This document shows positions 10,429 through 20,574 of a stretch of DNA of 44,255 nt, in pieces. This DNA comes from a virus (lineage: Duplodnaviria > Caudoviricetes), in the IMG/VR virus record IMGVR_UViG_3300033076_001027, positions 1 through 44,255 of that record; one strand, 5' to 3'. A model generated the notes under the pieces. It ran no database searches, was not told the DNA's origin, and saw only the letters and a program-made list of their open reading frames with translations. Position numbers and translations under genes: made by a program. The stretch's first letter is position 1; every line of letters starts with the position of its first letter.

Positions 10429-10743
10429 ATGTGCATCCTAAGCCAAAAAAGCCCAGATAGGCCGACCCCTCACGACCAGCCACTGTATTCGACCACAGGT
10501 GCCGTTCCTCCAACACGATCTCTGACCAGGCCGACCATTGTTGGTGCAGGATCTGGCGGTGGAGCGGTGGTGAATGTCATGACTCCTGCCGCGCAGCAAT
10601 ACGCCACCGACAAGATCACCAGCATCACATCGCCACGGCAGTCGCCGGCTGCGCCCCCGTTTAATCCGATCCCGGCTACCGGAGGCACGACGACGGCCGC
10701 CAAGAAATCGACCGATCAAGACGCCCAGAAGATCGTAAAATGA
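10429..10743 (+). CDS. Small low-complexity protein starting Met-Cys; probable internal virion protein
   Basis: Fills the gap between nozzle and GNAT with tight spacing and ATGA overlap; P/T/A-rich. Confidence 0.55.
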   Translation: MCILSQKSPDRPTPHDQPLYSTTGAVPPTRSLTRPTIVGAGSGGGAVVNVMTPAAQQYATDKITSITSPRQSPAAPPFNPIPATGGTTTAAKKSTDQDAQKIVK

Positions 10744-11219
10744 TCCTGGCCGACCTAACAATCGATGCGGTCAAGCATGTTGCGGTCAACATGCGTGCCA
10801 GGGATCGCGAGGAGATCTTTGCGACCAGGTGGGATGATGACCCAGAGATGGTGGCGAAGACCCTGGTGTCATTGAATCCTGCAGGGTTCGTCGTCAAGGC
10901 CGACGACGGAGAGCCCGTCAGCGTGTTCGGCGTCTACGAGATGTGGCCTGGAGTTTTCTCCGTCTTTATGTTCGCCACCGACAGATGGGAGGAGGTCGCG
11001 TTCAGCATGACCAAGTTCGTCATGCGCGAGCTGATCCCGTCGATCATGTCCGGAAACTTTGTACGGGCCGAGTGCAAGACTCTGTCCACGCACGATCAAG
11101 CTCATCGCTGGCTTGAAACGCTTGGTGCCTACAAAGAGTCGGAGCACCCATGCTACGGAAAGAACGGCGAGACATTCTTCACTTACTGCTGGACCAAACA
11201 ACCGACGAAAACAAACTGA
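10740..11219 (+). CDS. GNAT-fold protein (T7 gp13-like)
   Basis: NMRARDREEIFA motif, HDQAHRWLETLGA...YGKNGETF; canonical position after the nozzle. Confidence 0.78.
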   Translation: MILADLTIDAVKHVAVNMRARDREEIFATRWDDDPEMVAKTLVSLNPAGFVVKADDGEPVSVFGVYEMWPGVFSVFMFATDRWEEVAFSMTKFVMRELIPSIMSGNFVRAECKTLSTHDQAHRWLETLGAYKESEHPCYGKNGETFFTYCWTKQPTKTN

Positions 11220-11224
11220 CCATC

Positions 11225-11845
11225 ATGTGTTTCACAAGCTCAGGGCCCGACTACGGAGGCATGGCTCGCGCCGATGAGGAAGCACGCCAGGCGCGGATCA
11301 AGGAAGGCATGGGGAAAATCGACTCCACCTTCAAGCAGTTCAACCCGGACTTCTACGATCGCCGCAAACAGGCGGTGCTTGATACGACGATGCCTCAGCT
11401 CAACGACCAATTCCAGAAGACCAAGGAGCAGCTGCAGTACAACCTGGCGCGATCCGGTCTCACGGACTCCAGCGTGCGCGCAGCCAACGAAGGCGAGATG
11501 CAGCGACAGATGGATGTGAACAAGGCGGCCGTCGCCGGCCAGGCCCAGGACTACGCGAACCAGGCTCGTCAGCAGATCGAACAGAATCGATCCGAGCTGG
11601 TCGGCCAGCTCAACGCCACCGGCGATGCCCAGGCTGCGGCCCAGGGCGCGCTGTCCAGGGCTTCAATTGCAGCCGGACAACCTGGCGTCAGTCCGCTTGG
11701 AATGATGTTCCAGAACACGACCGGTCTCCTGGGCCAGGCCAGCCAGGCCGGCGCCTACGATCGACGAGCCCCAGGCCTCCAGGCTTTTGGCATGCCCATC
11801 AGAACCATCGGCGTTTCTCGCGACAAAGAAAGGACTGTAGGCTAA
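11225..11845 (+). CDS. Ejection / internal virion protein starting Met-Cys
   Basis: ATG 11225 (MCFTSSG); Q/A-rich helical; LARSGLTDSS motif. Confidence 0.7.
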   Translation: MCFTSSGPDYGGMARADEEARQARIKEGMGKIDSTFKQFNPDFYDRRKQAVLDTTMPQLNDQFQKTKEQLQYNLARSGLTDSSVRAANEGEMQRQMDVNKAAVAGQAQDYANQARQQIEQNRSELVGQLNATGDAQAAAQGALSRASIAAGQPGVSPLGMMFQNTTGLLGQASQAGAYDRRAPGLQAFGMPIRTIGVSRDKERTVG

Positions 11846-11846
11846 C

Positions 11847-12728
11847 ATGTGCGACGCAGCAACAGCATCCTATGTAGCCATGGCTATGGGCACCGCTGCC
11901 ACCTACGAGGGGCAGCAACAGGCCAAGAGCGCCATGAGCAAGGCCCAGCAAGCCGAGAACGAGCGCCAAAAGAAGATGCGCAGCGAGGCTGACACCTTGT
12001 TCAATGAATCCCTGGGCACCGAAGGCCAGGACAGCACGATCAAGTCCGAAGACAAGGCCGTCAAAGACCGCCAGGACGCTGCCGCTGCAGCCCAGGCCCA
12101 AGGCACCGGGATTGATGTCGGATCGGCCTACGGCAACAAGTCCCAGGTGGTTTCAGATGAATCCGGAGTCCGAAAGGCCGCCGGCAAAGCGTCGTCCGGC
12201 ATGGAGGCTGCCGCCAAAGCCAAGCTCGCCGGGTTTGGCGACGCAGCCCAGCTGAACGCCATCAAGAACGCGCGCATGCGCCTGGGCCAGGGAATCATCG
12301 CCGGCAACATGGCAGGATCTGCCGCGGCCCTTACTCCAGAGCTTGATTACGCCGGTCACGCCGGCGACAGCATGAAGAACCTTGGTGCCGGCCTTCAGAC
12401 CTTGAGCATGCTGACCGGCATGTACGCGGCATCCGGCGCGGGAGCCACGACCGCAGAGGAGCTTGCCAAGTCCCAGATCGGCGAGGCCGGCCAGCTGACC
12501 GGCACCGATGGAAGCATGCTTTTCCCGTCAGAAGGTGGCGGTTTTACCGAGCTGAATCCAACGACCGGCGAATACGGAATCTACAAGGGTGACTTCACCA
12601 ATTATGTGCCCAAGGAACACCTGGCCTGGGCCAACAAGCCGGCCTTGTTCAAGCCGTTCAGCTCGGCGCCCCAGGGCTATGTGGCCCCGGCCAGCTGGTT
12701 CAGCGCGCCAACCCCTAAGATCCGATAA
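11847..12728 (+). CDS. Ejection protein (T7 gp14-like)
   Basis: MCD start, then a hydrophobic A/G segment and Q-rich coiled coil. Confidence 0.7.
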   Translation: MCDAATASYVAMAMGTAATYEGQQQAKSAMSKAQQAENERQKKMRSEADTLFNESLGTEGQDSTIKSEDKAVKDRQDAAAAAQAQGTGIDVGSAYGNKSQVVSDESGVRKAAGKASSGMEAAAKAKLAGFGDAAQLNAIKNARMRLGQGIIAGNMAGSAAALTPELDYAGHAGDSMKNLGAGLQTLSMLTGMYAASGAGATTAEELAKSQIGEAGQLTGTDGSMLFPSEGGGFTELNPTTGEYGIYKGDFTNYVPKEHLAWANKPALFKPFSSAPQGYVAPASWFSAPTPKIR

Positions 12729-12730
12729 CG

Positions 12731-13858
12731 ATGCCCGACTATTCCGGATACGCGCAGCGCCCGCAGCAGGACCCGAACCTGGCAGCCTGGGCTCAGATTG
12801 GCGGCAACATCGCCAACATCTTTGGCCTCGATCCGGCCAAGGCCGCCGAGGCCCGCCGTGGCCTCCAGCAGGAGGACTACAACGAGCAGCGCAACCAGGC
12901 CTACATCCGGCAGCAGCTAGCCAACAAGCGGATCGGCGAGCTGTTTTCAAAGATCGACCCGACGACCGGGGAGTTCAGCGACCCGTCGGATTTCAAGGAG
13001 TACGCCGGCCTTGTCGGCGAATTGGGCGGCAGCTTGAATCCGCATTACGGCACCGGCTATTCTGCCGGCCAGGAACAGATCAGAATCCGGGCCGAAGACA
13101 GAAGGAACACCGAAGCCCAAAAAAGGGCCGAAGCAGCCAACGCTCAAAGGATTGCTGAGGAACAGAAGAAAGCGGTGGCAGCCTACCAAGAACGACTAAG
13201 GGTCAAGGCTGATCGAAATTCGATCGTCAAAGGTCGTAGGTATGACCCGGATGCGGCCATCAACAAATTTGATTACGGAATCAAAACAGGATTCCCTGGT
13301 GGATGGTTTGAGGAATCTCCGGAAACAAAGGCCCAGAAGGATCTACCGGAGGAAAAACGGAAATACAAGATGACCGCTGCGTTTGCGGATTGGCTCAACA
13401 AAAACGGCTATTCATCCACCAGCATCGATCCGGCGTTGTTCAATGGATCCGGCAATTCTTCCGGAGCTTTGCAGGACACCGCCAATCAGCTTGGATTGAT
13501 GCTTGGTCAGCCCGGAAACCATCCCCAGGTCCTCCAATTGGCGAAACAGGTCATGATGAATCAGTTCGCCGACCAGGACAAACGATTCAATTCGGATGTC
13601 ATCATTTCTGACGACAAGCAATCGCTTGAGTCATCGATAAACGGCATCGTCAATTCCTTGAACCAGGGCAAGGACCCTGGCGTCAGATCTGTGATTGTCA
13701 GAAAGATGGTCAGAAATCCATCAACCGGCATCCTTGAACATGTCCATGGAGAGTACTCCCTGGACGAATTGCTTGATCGCGGCCCGGATGGTAAATGGAT
13801 CTTCAATCCGACCAAGTCCCTAGGAGAGAATCATCCCGACATCTTCTTCAAACGATAA
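12731..13858 (+). CDS. Putative ejection / internal virion protein
   Basis: 375 aa helical ORF in the ejection cluster; IGGNIANIFG amphipathic segment. Confidence 0.6.
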   Translation: MPDYSGYAQRPQQDPNLAAWAQIGGNIANIFGLDPAKAAEARRGLQQEDYNEQRNQAYIRQQLANKRIGELFSKIDPTTGEFSDPSDFKEYAGLVGELGGSLNPHYGTGYSAGQEQIRIRAEDRRNTEAQKRAEAANAQRIAEEQKKAVAAYQERLRVKADRNSIVKGRRYDPDAAINKFDYGIKTGFPGGWFEESPETKAQKDLPEEKRKYKMTAAFADWLNKNGYSSTSIDPALFNGSGNSSGALQDTANQLGLMLGQPGNHPQVLQLAKQVMMNQFADQDKRFNSDVIISDDKQSLESSINGIVNSLNQGKDPGVRSVIVRKMVRNPSTGILEHVHGEYSLDELLDRGPDGKWIFNPTKSLGENHPDIFFKR

Positions 13859-16413
13859 TGGGCGCGTTCAACGATTGGCTAAAAACCCAGCAATCGCAAC
13901 CAGCCGTCCCCAGCCAGGCCGAGATTGACGCGAAAGCCAAGCAGGATGAATTGCCAGAGCAAGCTCCGGATTTCCCGTCGCTAAAAAAGACGGCCCGGCT
14001 GTCCTACAATCTTCCGAACATCGCAAAACAAGGCGAGCAGATCCTGGTGCCGTCTACCGAGGAAGGGTTCGACTATGTGATGCAGAATTACGGGGAGACA
14101 GGGTTTGAGGCATCTCCCGATGCCTCGGGCGTCAATGTTTTCAAGATCAGAGATCAGATCATCAAGTCAGACCCGTTCTTTCTCAAGGGTGGATCGCCCA
14201 AGATGCTTCTTCCGGCAGCGTCGGGTTTCACCAAAACGACGCCAGACCAATTCAAGAAAGGTCAGCGATCGTCCATGCAGCAGGATTTCTATGTGGTTCC
14301 GCAGGGGAATGTCCCTGGTGATTACTGGAAATTCAACCCAAACGACATCGAGAAATTCAGATCAGATCCATCGATTCTAAGGGCCGCAAAATACATTCAT
14401 TCAATCGACCCTAACGCCGGTAATTTTGACGACGATCCGGATCATTACATCAAGCAAGCGATCCAGGTGATGAGGTCGAATGTCATCGACCAACATTACG
14501 GGAAAGGGATCCCTACGGCATTTTCATCGCAATCAACCAATAAACAGGAAGACAAAGTAATCCCGGATAGGCTGCCTGTTGGCGTGCCTGGCGTTCCGAT
14601 GCTTCAATTTAATGCGCCGATTGCCCCGACTCTCGTAGGATCCGGGGCTGCAGCCATGAACAGCGCCTATGACGCGATGATTGCCAACAGCATGTTCGAC
14701 TTTGGTCAGGCCATGATGGGTCAGTACGACGACAAACAGCTTGGAGACCTGGTAGCCGGGGCTTCCGGTCCGATGAAACAGCCTCGCGCCGGAGGATTCC
14801 TTGGGGGCCAGGAGGAACGGCGCAGCAGAAACCCGATTGCAGCCGGGTTGTTTGACAGAGCCAATGCGATCAACGGGATCATCGCATCAAAGTATTCAGC
14901 TGATCAGCTCGCAGCCATGAGCCCAGAGCAGCGCCGCCAGGTTGGCTACGATGCCGCCAAGGAACATCTCAGATCCGAAGCCACGGCCCACTTGAAAACA
15001 GCTTTTGAGCTGAACAAGGGGAAAACAGAGGGAATTTCCGGTTTTAGGACCAAGGAATTCTACGATCAAGACAACCAAACCTTGTCAAAGCTGACCCAGG
15101 CTACGGCCAGCTCCTTTGTTCCTACGGCAGCTCCGATGTTGGCGTCGATGTTTGGCAGCATCGCGGCCGGCCCGGTAGGAGGAAAGGCCGCATCGGCAGC
15201 CATGACATACAAGCTGTCAACCGACGCTGAATTCCTTGACCAAGTCACACAATGGGCTTCCGACAATGGCTTGGACATCACCCAAGACCCGGCAGATGTG
15301 ATCGATGCGATGGTCAAAATGGCCGAAGCCGACCCGGAAGGATTCTCCAGGAAGATGAAGGACATGGTTCACCATGCGCGCGTAGCTGGCGGCCTGGAAG
15401 CCGGCGTTGCTTTTGGTCTAAACGAGATCCTGGACAAGGTCCACCTCCCGGAAAAATGGTCAAAGGAAGGTTCGATCCTAAAGATCATCATGAAGACAGG
15501 CAATCCAGGTGTTGCCAGGAGGTTGCTTGTTCCAAGGGCCGTCAAGGTCCTGGAAGAAACCGGCAAAGAAGCCGTCGAAGAATACCTCACCGAAGTTTTC
15601 GTCAACATGGGCAAGAGCGCGGACAGTAAGATCCAAGCCGGCACGCCGGCCTGGGATGCCGCCAGGGATTCGATCCGGGAGATGGTTTCCTCGTACCAGG
15701 AGGACGACCCCAACGCCACGCCCGAACAGCTCCAGGCCAAAAAACAGCTGGTCCAAGGTCGAAACGACGCCGGCATGGTAGGCGCCTACATGAGCTTGAT
15801 CACGCGGTTGATCACCGGACACGGCAATCCAGATACGGCCTTGATTCAGAAAGCTAGGTCGGGTGCGGCCAAGGCCATCGCATCCAGGAGCAGCAAGCCT
15901 GTCACCGAGGAGGAAATCATCAACCAGCTGAAGACCATGGAAGGTGCCACATTCCAGCAGCTTTGGGAATTCGCCGATGAACAGCTGATGTTGGCCGGCC
16001 ATGGAACGATCGATGATTACATCGAGCAGAGACTTAGGCCGCTTACGGAGGATCAGTTTAACCAGGCGTTCCCGGATCCGTCGAATTCCAGGATCGGAGG
16101 AGATTCCACCCTGTTGCCAGGCCAGCAATCCATCGTTTCCCCGGAACCGATCACCCAGCAAGGCAATCGCCAGGAAGCGAGCGCACAGGCCCAGGAAAAA
16201 TTCCTCAAGGAGATGCAGAAGAACCGGCAATCCCTTGAGGAGGAGGCGGCCCAGTACAACCGGAACCTGGATCTGGAAATTGAAAAAGCTTACAGTGAGC
16301 TGCTGAAGGCCACTAGGTATTTGCGCCTTAATCCAGAGAACCAAGGGGCCATCAACGCCGTCAACCAGGCGCACGACAGGTACATCTCTCTTAAAAACGA
16401 AAAACGGCGCTGA
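13858..16413 (+). CDS. Large putative ejection protein
   Basis: ATG 13858 overlaps the upstream TAA; A/G-rich hydrophobic stretches (LASMFGSIAAGPVGG) and EAVEEYLTE motif. Confidence 0.65.
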   Translation: MGAFNDWLKTQQSQPAVPSQAEIDAKAKQDELPEQAPDFPSLKKTARLSYNLPNIAKQGEQILVPSTEEGFDYVMQNYGETGFEASPDASGVNVFKIRDQIIKSDPFFLKGGSPKMLLPAASGFTKTTPDQFKKGQRSSMQQDFYVVPQGNVPGDYWKFNPNDIEKFRSDPSILRAAKYIHSIDPNAGNFDDDPDHYIKQAIQVMRSNVIDQHYGKGIPTAFSSQSTNKQEDKVIPDRLPVGVPGVPMLQFNAPIAPTLVGSGAAAMNSAYDAMIANSMFDFGQAMMGQYDDKQLGDLVAGASGPMKQPRAGGFLGGQEERRSRNPIAAGLFDRANAINGIIASKYSADQLAAMSPEQRRQVGYDAAKEHLRSEATAHLKTAFELNKGKTEGISGFRTKEFYDQDNQTLSKLTQATASSFVPTAAPMLASMFGSIAAGPVGGKAASAAMTYKLSTDAEFLDQVTQWASDNGLDITQDPADVIDAMVKMAEADPEGFSRKMKDMVHHARVAGGLEAGVAFGLNEILDKVHLPEKWSKEGSILKIIMKTGNPGVARRLLVPRAVKVLEETGKEAVEEYLTEVFVNMGKSADSKIQAGTPAWDAARDSIREMVSSYQEDDPNATPEQLQAKKQLVQGRNDAGMVGAYMSLITRLITGHGNPDTALIQKARSGAAKAIASRSSKPVTEEEIINQLKTMEGATFQQLWEFADEQLMLAGHGTIDDYIEQRLRPLTEDQFNQAFPDPSNSRIGGDSTLLPGQQSIVSPEPITQQGNRQEASAQAQEKFLKEMQKNRQSLEEEAAQYNRNLDLEIEKAYSELLKATRYLRLNPENQGAINAVNQAHDRYISLKNEKRR

Positions 16414-16480
16414 TGTCCTACTAAGTGTAGAACCAAAATTCGTTGCCTACGCATCATCTCAAAAATAAAAATCTCTCAAC

Positions 16481-19400
16481 ATGGCATCCAAAGGGAATCT
16501 CAACATCAACCCGAACATCAAGCCGCAGATCCGGACGCAAACCGATCAAGGGCCGCTTTCAGGGATTGATCCCAACATCGCAGCTGGCGCGATCCAGGCC
16601 CTCCAGGATAGCGCACGCGCAAGCACCCCTAGCGCGCTTTCCGAGGCGCAGAGATCTGCAGCCGCGCTGCCGACCAGCGGCACCGACACGATTCTGAACC
16701 CGTTTGTCCGGCCCGAAGGCGTGCCGGCTGGAGCGCCGACTGATCTGTCATCTCTATTTGGGATGGGCACCGCTGGCCTGGGTCCGATCGAGCAGAGTCC
16801 GATGTCATCCCCGACCCTGGGTGCCGGCCTTCCTACCTACGACGCCGGCATGGCTCCGACCATGGCGCCGGCCGTTTCGCCCTTTGCCCAGCCCCAGGTA
16901 TCACCCCAGCTGGCGATGGGCCAGGCTCAAGGCCAGGCGATCACCGGGGCCACGACCCTGGCTGATCTTGTCTCCCGTGGCCTGGGAGGCCAGGTGCCCC
17001 AGGTTGCCCAGCCTCAGATTCCTCAGCTGGCGCCTCAGCCTTTCGGCCAGGCCATGCCCCAGGCGATGCCCCAGGCTCCCGTTGCCGCCCCCCAGATGGC
17101 TCCCCAGGCCGCTTTCCCTCAGGCCCCTGGCATCGCTCAGCCCGCAGCCCCTGCCGGCCTTGGATCTTTGTTTGCGCCTCCGGCCCCGGTCGTCCAGGCT
17201 CCGCAGCAACCCTATGGAATCCAGGCCCCAATTCAGCCCCAGGTTCAAGCGGCGAGTCAGCCCCAGCTGCCCCCTGCTCCCGTTGCCCCCTTCCAGGCCC
17301 TCGCTCCGGCAGCCCCCGCGCCGCTCCCTGCTCCAGTCGCTCCGGCTCCTGTTCAACAGGCTGCTCCGGCTCCCGCCCCGGTAGCCCAGGCTCCCGCCCC
17401 GGCTCCGGCTCCTGCCCGTCAGCAGCCCGCCCGCCGCGGTGCTCCGCTGCAAACCGATCCCAACGCCGTCAACCCGGCCGAGGACTTCCCGGAAGCCCTG
17501 GCCGCCCGCCGCGCCAATCAGCGCGCCGACGGCGACACCGGCAACGACCCTGGCCGCCCGTACACCCCGACCCCCTACGAGCGCCCGGATGAGCCGGCCC
17601 CGATCGAGCAGCCCCAGGAACAGCCGGCCGAAGCTCCGGTCGAGCCCGAGCTGGAACCGGCCATGGCTGGTTCCCCCCTTCAGAACGCGCAGCCGGCCGA
17701 ATCGGCTATTCAGAACGGCGAGCTGATGATCGCCGGCGGCAACCGCCGCTATTCCCGTGGCGGCCCGATCGGCGACAACGCCGGCGGCAAGGGCGTCCCG
17801 ACCAACCTCCTGTCCCGCGTTGGCCTCACCCGCGCCATCCTAAGCCAGTTCGTGGATCGGTCGATCGTGGGCACAATGATGGTTCCGGACCGCCCGATGG
17901 ATAACGCGGACGATGTGGCCGCCCTGGCCTACGAATACCTCCGCAAGCAGCCCCAGGAAAACTTCATGGCTGTCATCCTGGACGGACAGGGCCGTCCGAT
18001 CCAGATCCTGCGCCACACCCTTGGTTCCATCAGCTCGACCAATTTCGTACCCCATGTGATTGCTGGCGTCGCCGCCAGCACGCGCGGCGCCCGGACTGTG
18101 TACATGGTCCACAACCACCCGTCCACCACCACCCGGTTCTCCACGGCCGACATGCTGGCTGCCCAAAGCCTGTCCAAGTCGATCGAGGCGATCGGTCTCC
18201 GTTTCGGCGGCTCACTGGTCGTGACCGACGGCGACGCGCACGAGGGCAACATGACGCCCAAGTACATCTTCCACCCGGGCGGCGAGCTGGTCGAACACAC
18301 GCCGGCCGCGATGTCCAACAATGCCGAAGGCGATGCTCAGACCGATGCTCGCGCCGTTCATCCTGTTGTCGTCTTTGATGATCGTCCTGGCTCGGATACG
18401 ACCACCGAGCTGATGGTCGTGGAACGCACCTTTGAGATCCGCAAGAACGCCCTGTTCCCCCGCATCTCCGATGGCAAGTCAGCCGTGGAACAGATCCCGC
18501 CGCTTCTCCGGAACCTTCCTGGCGTTGCTTTGATGGACAATGCCGGCCGGTTGGTCGGCGTCGTCCAGATGAGCATCGGCGAGATGCGGAATGTGTCTTC
18601 CGCTGGCAGCATTATTTATCCGTCCCAAGGCCAGGATCGCGATTACATCGGCAGCGAAGACGAGCGCGTCAACCCGCCCATGGACAACCGCGTCTACAAG
18701 CGGAAGGACGGTTTGCCCAAGGACGCCCAGGCCGGTTCCTGGAACAACCCTCTCGCCATGCTCATGGCAGCCCTTGAGCGATCCAATGCCGAGCGCGTGA
18801 TCATCAGCGTCGGCCCGAATGAGTTCGGTCAATCCGGCAACGATGTCAGATCTGATGCCGTCCGCAATCTCCAGAAGGCCATCATGCGCGTCGGTGGCAA
18901 GAAGGTCGAAGTTCTGGATGTCATCAACAACAAGCAGAGCTTCCCGAACCAGGTGCTTTCCGCTCACATGTACGGGAATTACCCAAGCCCGCATGGCCCC
19001 GAAACCAAGAACATGGGTGGCCGCCTCAAGTCCGGCTACCGCCTTGGCTTCAACGAGGAAGGCGCCTCCTACGGCGACCAGGGCCAGGAAGACCAGGCCC
19101 CGATCGAACGCGAAGCTCCCAAGTCCCTTGGCGATGTCGTCAGCCAGGGCATGGAGGGCGAGGGGGTTTCTGAAACCAACCCCGAAGATCCCAATGCCGG
19201 GGCTGAATTCGCCCGCCAGGAGCGCGAAGCCGGTGCCCGCGTCAACCCGCCCGGGATCACCACCCCCAGCGGCCTGGACAACGCCCAGCCGGCCGAGCCG
19301 GTCATCAAGAAGACCCGCAAGCCCCGCGCCAAGAAGGTGCCTGGCGTCAATGTCTCTGCGTTCCCCAAGCTGGACGCCACCCCGGGCGTGTTCGGCCGCC

Positions 19401-20509
19401 TTTCCGGCGAGCAGATGAAGCAATTCGGTCTGTCCGACGCCATGCTGGATCAGTTCATCGAGCACTCCACCTACGGCCAGGTCATGTCCGGCGTCTCCGA
19501 GGTCAAGACCGACGACGACGCAGCCCACATCGTGGCCGCCATGCGCAAGCGCCCCCAGGAACAGATCGTGCTGCTAATCACCGACAAGAACGGCAAGCCC
19601 CTCCAGATTGCCGTCCACCAGCTGGGCGGTCCTGCCTCGGCCGGCTTCAATCCTGGCATCTTGATCGGCACCGCCGCCAGCACCCCTGGCGCCGCCAAGG
19701 TCTGGTTCATCCACAACCACCCGTCCGGCAAGAGCTCCCTGTCCCCGGCCGACCTCAGCGCCGGCAACGCAGTCGAGAACCTGTGCAAGGCCGCCAATCT
19801 CAGGTACATGTCCACCATGGCTGTTGCCGGCTCCAAGTACGCGGTCATGAACAACAGCGGATCGATTCTCGCCAACCAGCAGATCCCCCCGCATCCGCGC
19901 AAGTTCAGCATCCCGCTGACCGAGCGCATCTTCTCCTACCGCGTCAGCCAGAACACCCCGGCCTTTGCGGACCCTGCCGTCGCCGGGCCCGAGATGAAGC
20001 GCATCTTTGGCGAAAGCCAGCCTGGCATCATCCTGGCCGACAACTCCAACCGCCCGGTCGCGGCGATCCCCCTGGACGGCGATGTCATGCAAGCCATGCG
20101 CGCGACCCTGCCCGGCGAAAACCCGAACAAGCAGACCGGTTTCGCCAAGTACGCAGCCGGCGTCGAGCGTTCAGGCGCGGTCAACATGTTCATCTACACG
20201 GCTGACTTGCCGATGGATCTCGCGATCAAGGTCATCGAGAACATGAGCAAGGTCGCCAACGCGACCAAGATCACGGCCCTGGACGCGCTGAATTCCAAGG
20301 AAGTCACTTTGAGCCGCCACATCATCGGCTACGCCAGCGACTTCAAGGAGCCCGGCTCCAGCTACAACGCCGGAGAGAACCCCCAGGAAAACGCCGCCGA
20401 AGGTGGCGTCGAGAACGCTGCCGAGACCGAAGCCGAGGCGCCAAGCTCGATCGGCGACATCGTCAAGCAGGGGCTCTCTGAGCCCCAAAAAAAAAAGACG
20501 AGGCGGTAG
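16481..20509 (+). CDS. Polyvalent ejection protein, part 1: P/A/Q-rich N-terminus plus two RadC-like JAB modules
   Basis: Two complete JAB metal sites: PQE...HNHPSTTTRFSTAD (HNHPS 18110-18124) and PQE...HNHPSGKSSLSPAD (HNHPS 19712-19726). Ends at an A10 run. Confidence 0.85.
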   Translation: MASKGNLNINPNIKPQIRTQTDQGPLSGIDPNIAAGAIQALQDSARASTPSALSEAQRSAAALPTSGTDTILNPFVRPEGVPAGAPTDLSSLFGMGTAGLGPIEQSPMSSPTLGAGLPTYDAGMAPTMAPAVSPFAQPQVSPQLAMGQAQGQAITGATTLADLVSRGLGGQVPQVAQPQIPQLAPQPFGQAMPQAMPQAPVAAPQMAPQAAFPQAPGIAQPAAPAGLGSLFAPPAPVVQAPQQPYGIQAPIQPQVQAASQPQLPPAPVAPFQALAPAAPAPLPAPVAPAPVQQAAPAPAPVAQAPAPAPAPARQQPARRGAPLQTDPNAVNPAEDFPEALAARRANQRADGDTGNDPGRPYTPTPYERPDEPAPIEQPQEQPAEAPVEPELEPAMAGSPLQNAQPAESAIQNGELMIAGGNRRYSRGGPIGDNAGGKGVPTNLLSRVGLTRAILSQFVDRSIVGTMMVPDRPMDNADDVAALAYEYLRKQPQENFMAVILDGQGRPIQILRHTLGSISSTNFVPHVIAGVAASTRGARTVYMVHNHPSTTTRFSTADMLAAQSLSKSIEAIGLRFGGSLVVTDGDAHEGNMTPKYIFHPGGELVEHTPAAMSNNAEGDAQTDARAVHPVVVFDDRPGSDTTTELMVVERTFEIRKNALFPRISDGKSAVEQIPPLLRNLPGVALMDNAGRLVGVVQMSIGEMRNVSSAGSIIYPSQGQDRDYIGSEDERVNPPMDNRVYKRKDGLPKDAQAGSWNNPLAMLMAALERSNAERVIISVGPNEFGQSGNDVRSDAVRNLQKAIMRVGGKKVEVLDVINNKQSFPNQVLSAHMYGNYPSPHGPETKNMGGRLKSGYRLGFNEEGASYGDQGQEDQAPIEREAPKSLGDVVSQGMEGEGVSETNPEDPNAGAEFARQEREAGARVNPPGITTPSGLDNAQPAEPVIKKTRKPRAKKVPGVNVSAFPKLDATPGVFGRLSGEQMKQFGLSDAMLDQFIEHSTYGQVMSGVSEVKTDDDAAHIVAAMRKRPQEQIVLLITDKNGKPLQIAVHQLGGPASAGFNPGILIGTAASTPGAAKVWFIHNHPSGKSSLSPADLSAGNAVENLCKAANLRYMSTMAVAGSKYAVMNNSGSILANQQIPPHPRKFSIPLTERIFSYRVSQNTPAFADPAVAGPEMKRIFGESQPGIILADNSNRPVAAIPLDGDVMQAMRATLPGENPNKQTGFAKYAAGVERSGAVNMFIYTADLPMDLAIKVIENMSKVANATKITALDALNSKEVTLSRHIIGYASDFKEPGSSYNAGENPQENAAEGGVENAAETEAEAPSSIGDIVKQGLSEPQKKKTRR
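20487..20497 (+). other. Putative -1 frameshift or slippage site (A10, includes A_AAA_AAG)
   Basis: Zero frame CAA AAA AAA AAG ACG AGG CGG TAG. The -1 frame is closed by TGA at 20479-20481 and open from 20482 through ATG 20575 to 25683. Confidence 0.65.
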
Positions 20510-20574
20510 CCGAGGGTGATACCCGCTATGAGGCCAGCCTGGTAGACCAATACAAAGAGGTCGTTCGCCAGGGC

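Noticed and set aside
16700-17700. P/A/Q-rich stretch as a DNA repeat element
   Set aside because: Low complexity is at the protein level (disordered linker); no regular nucleotide repeat unit.
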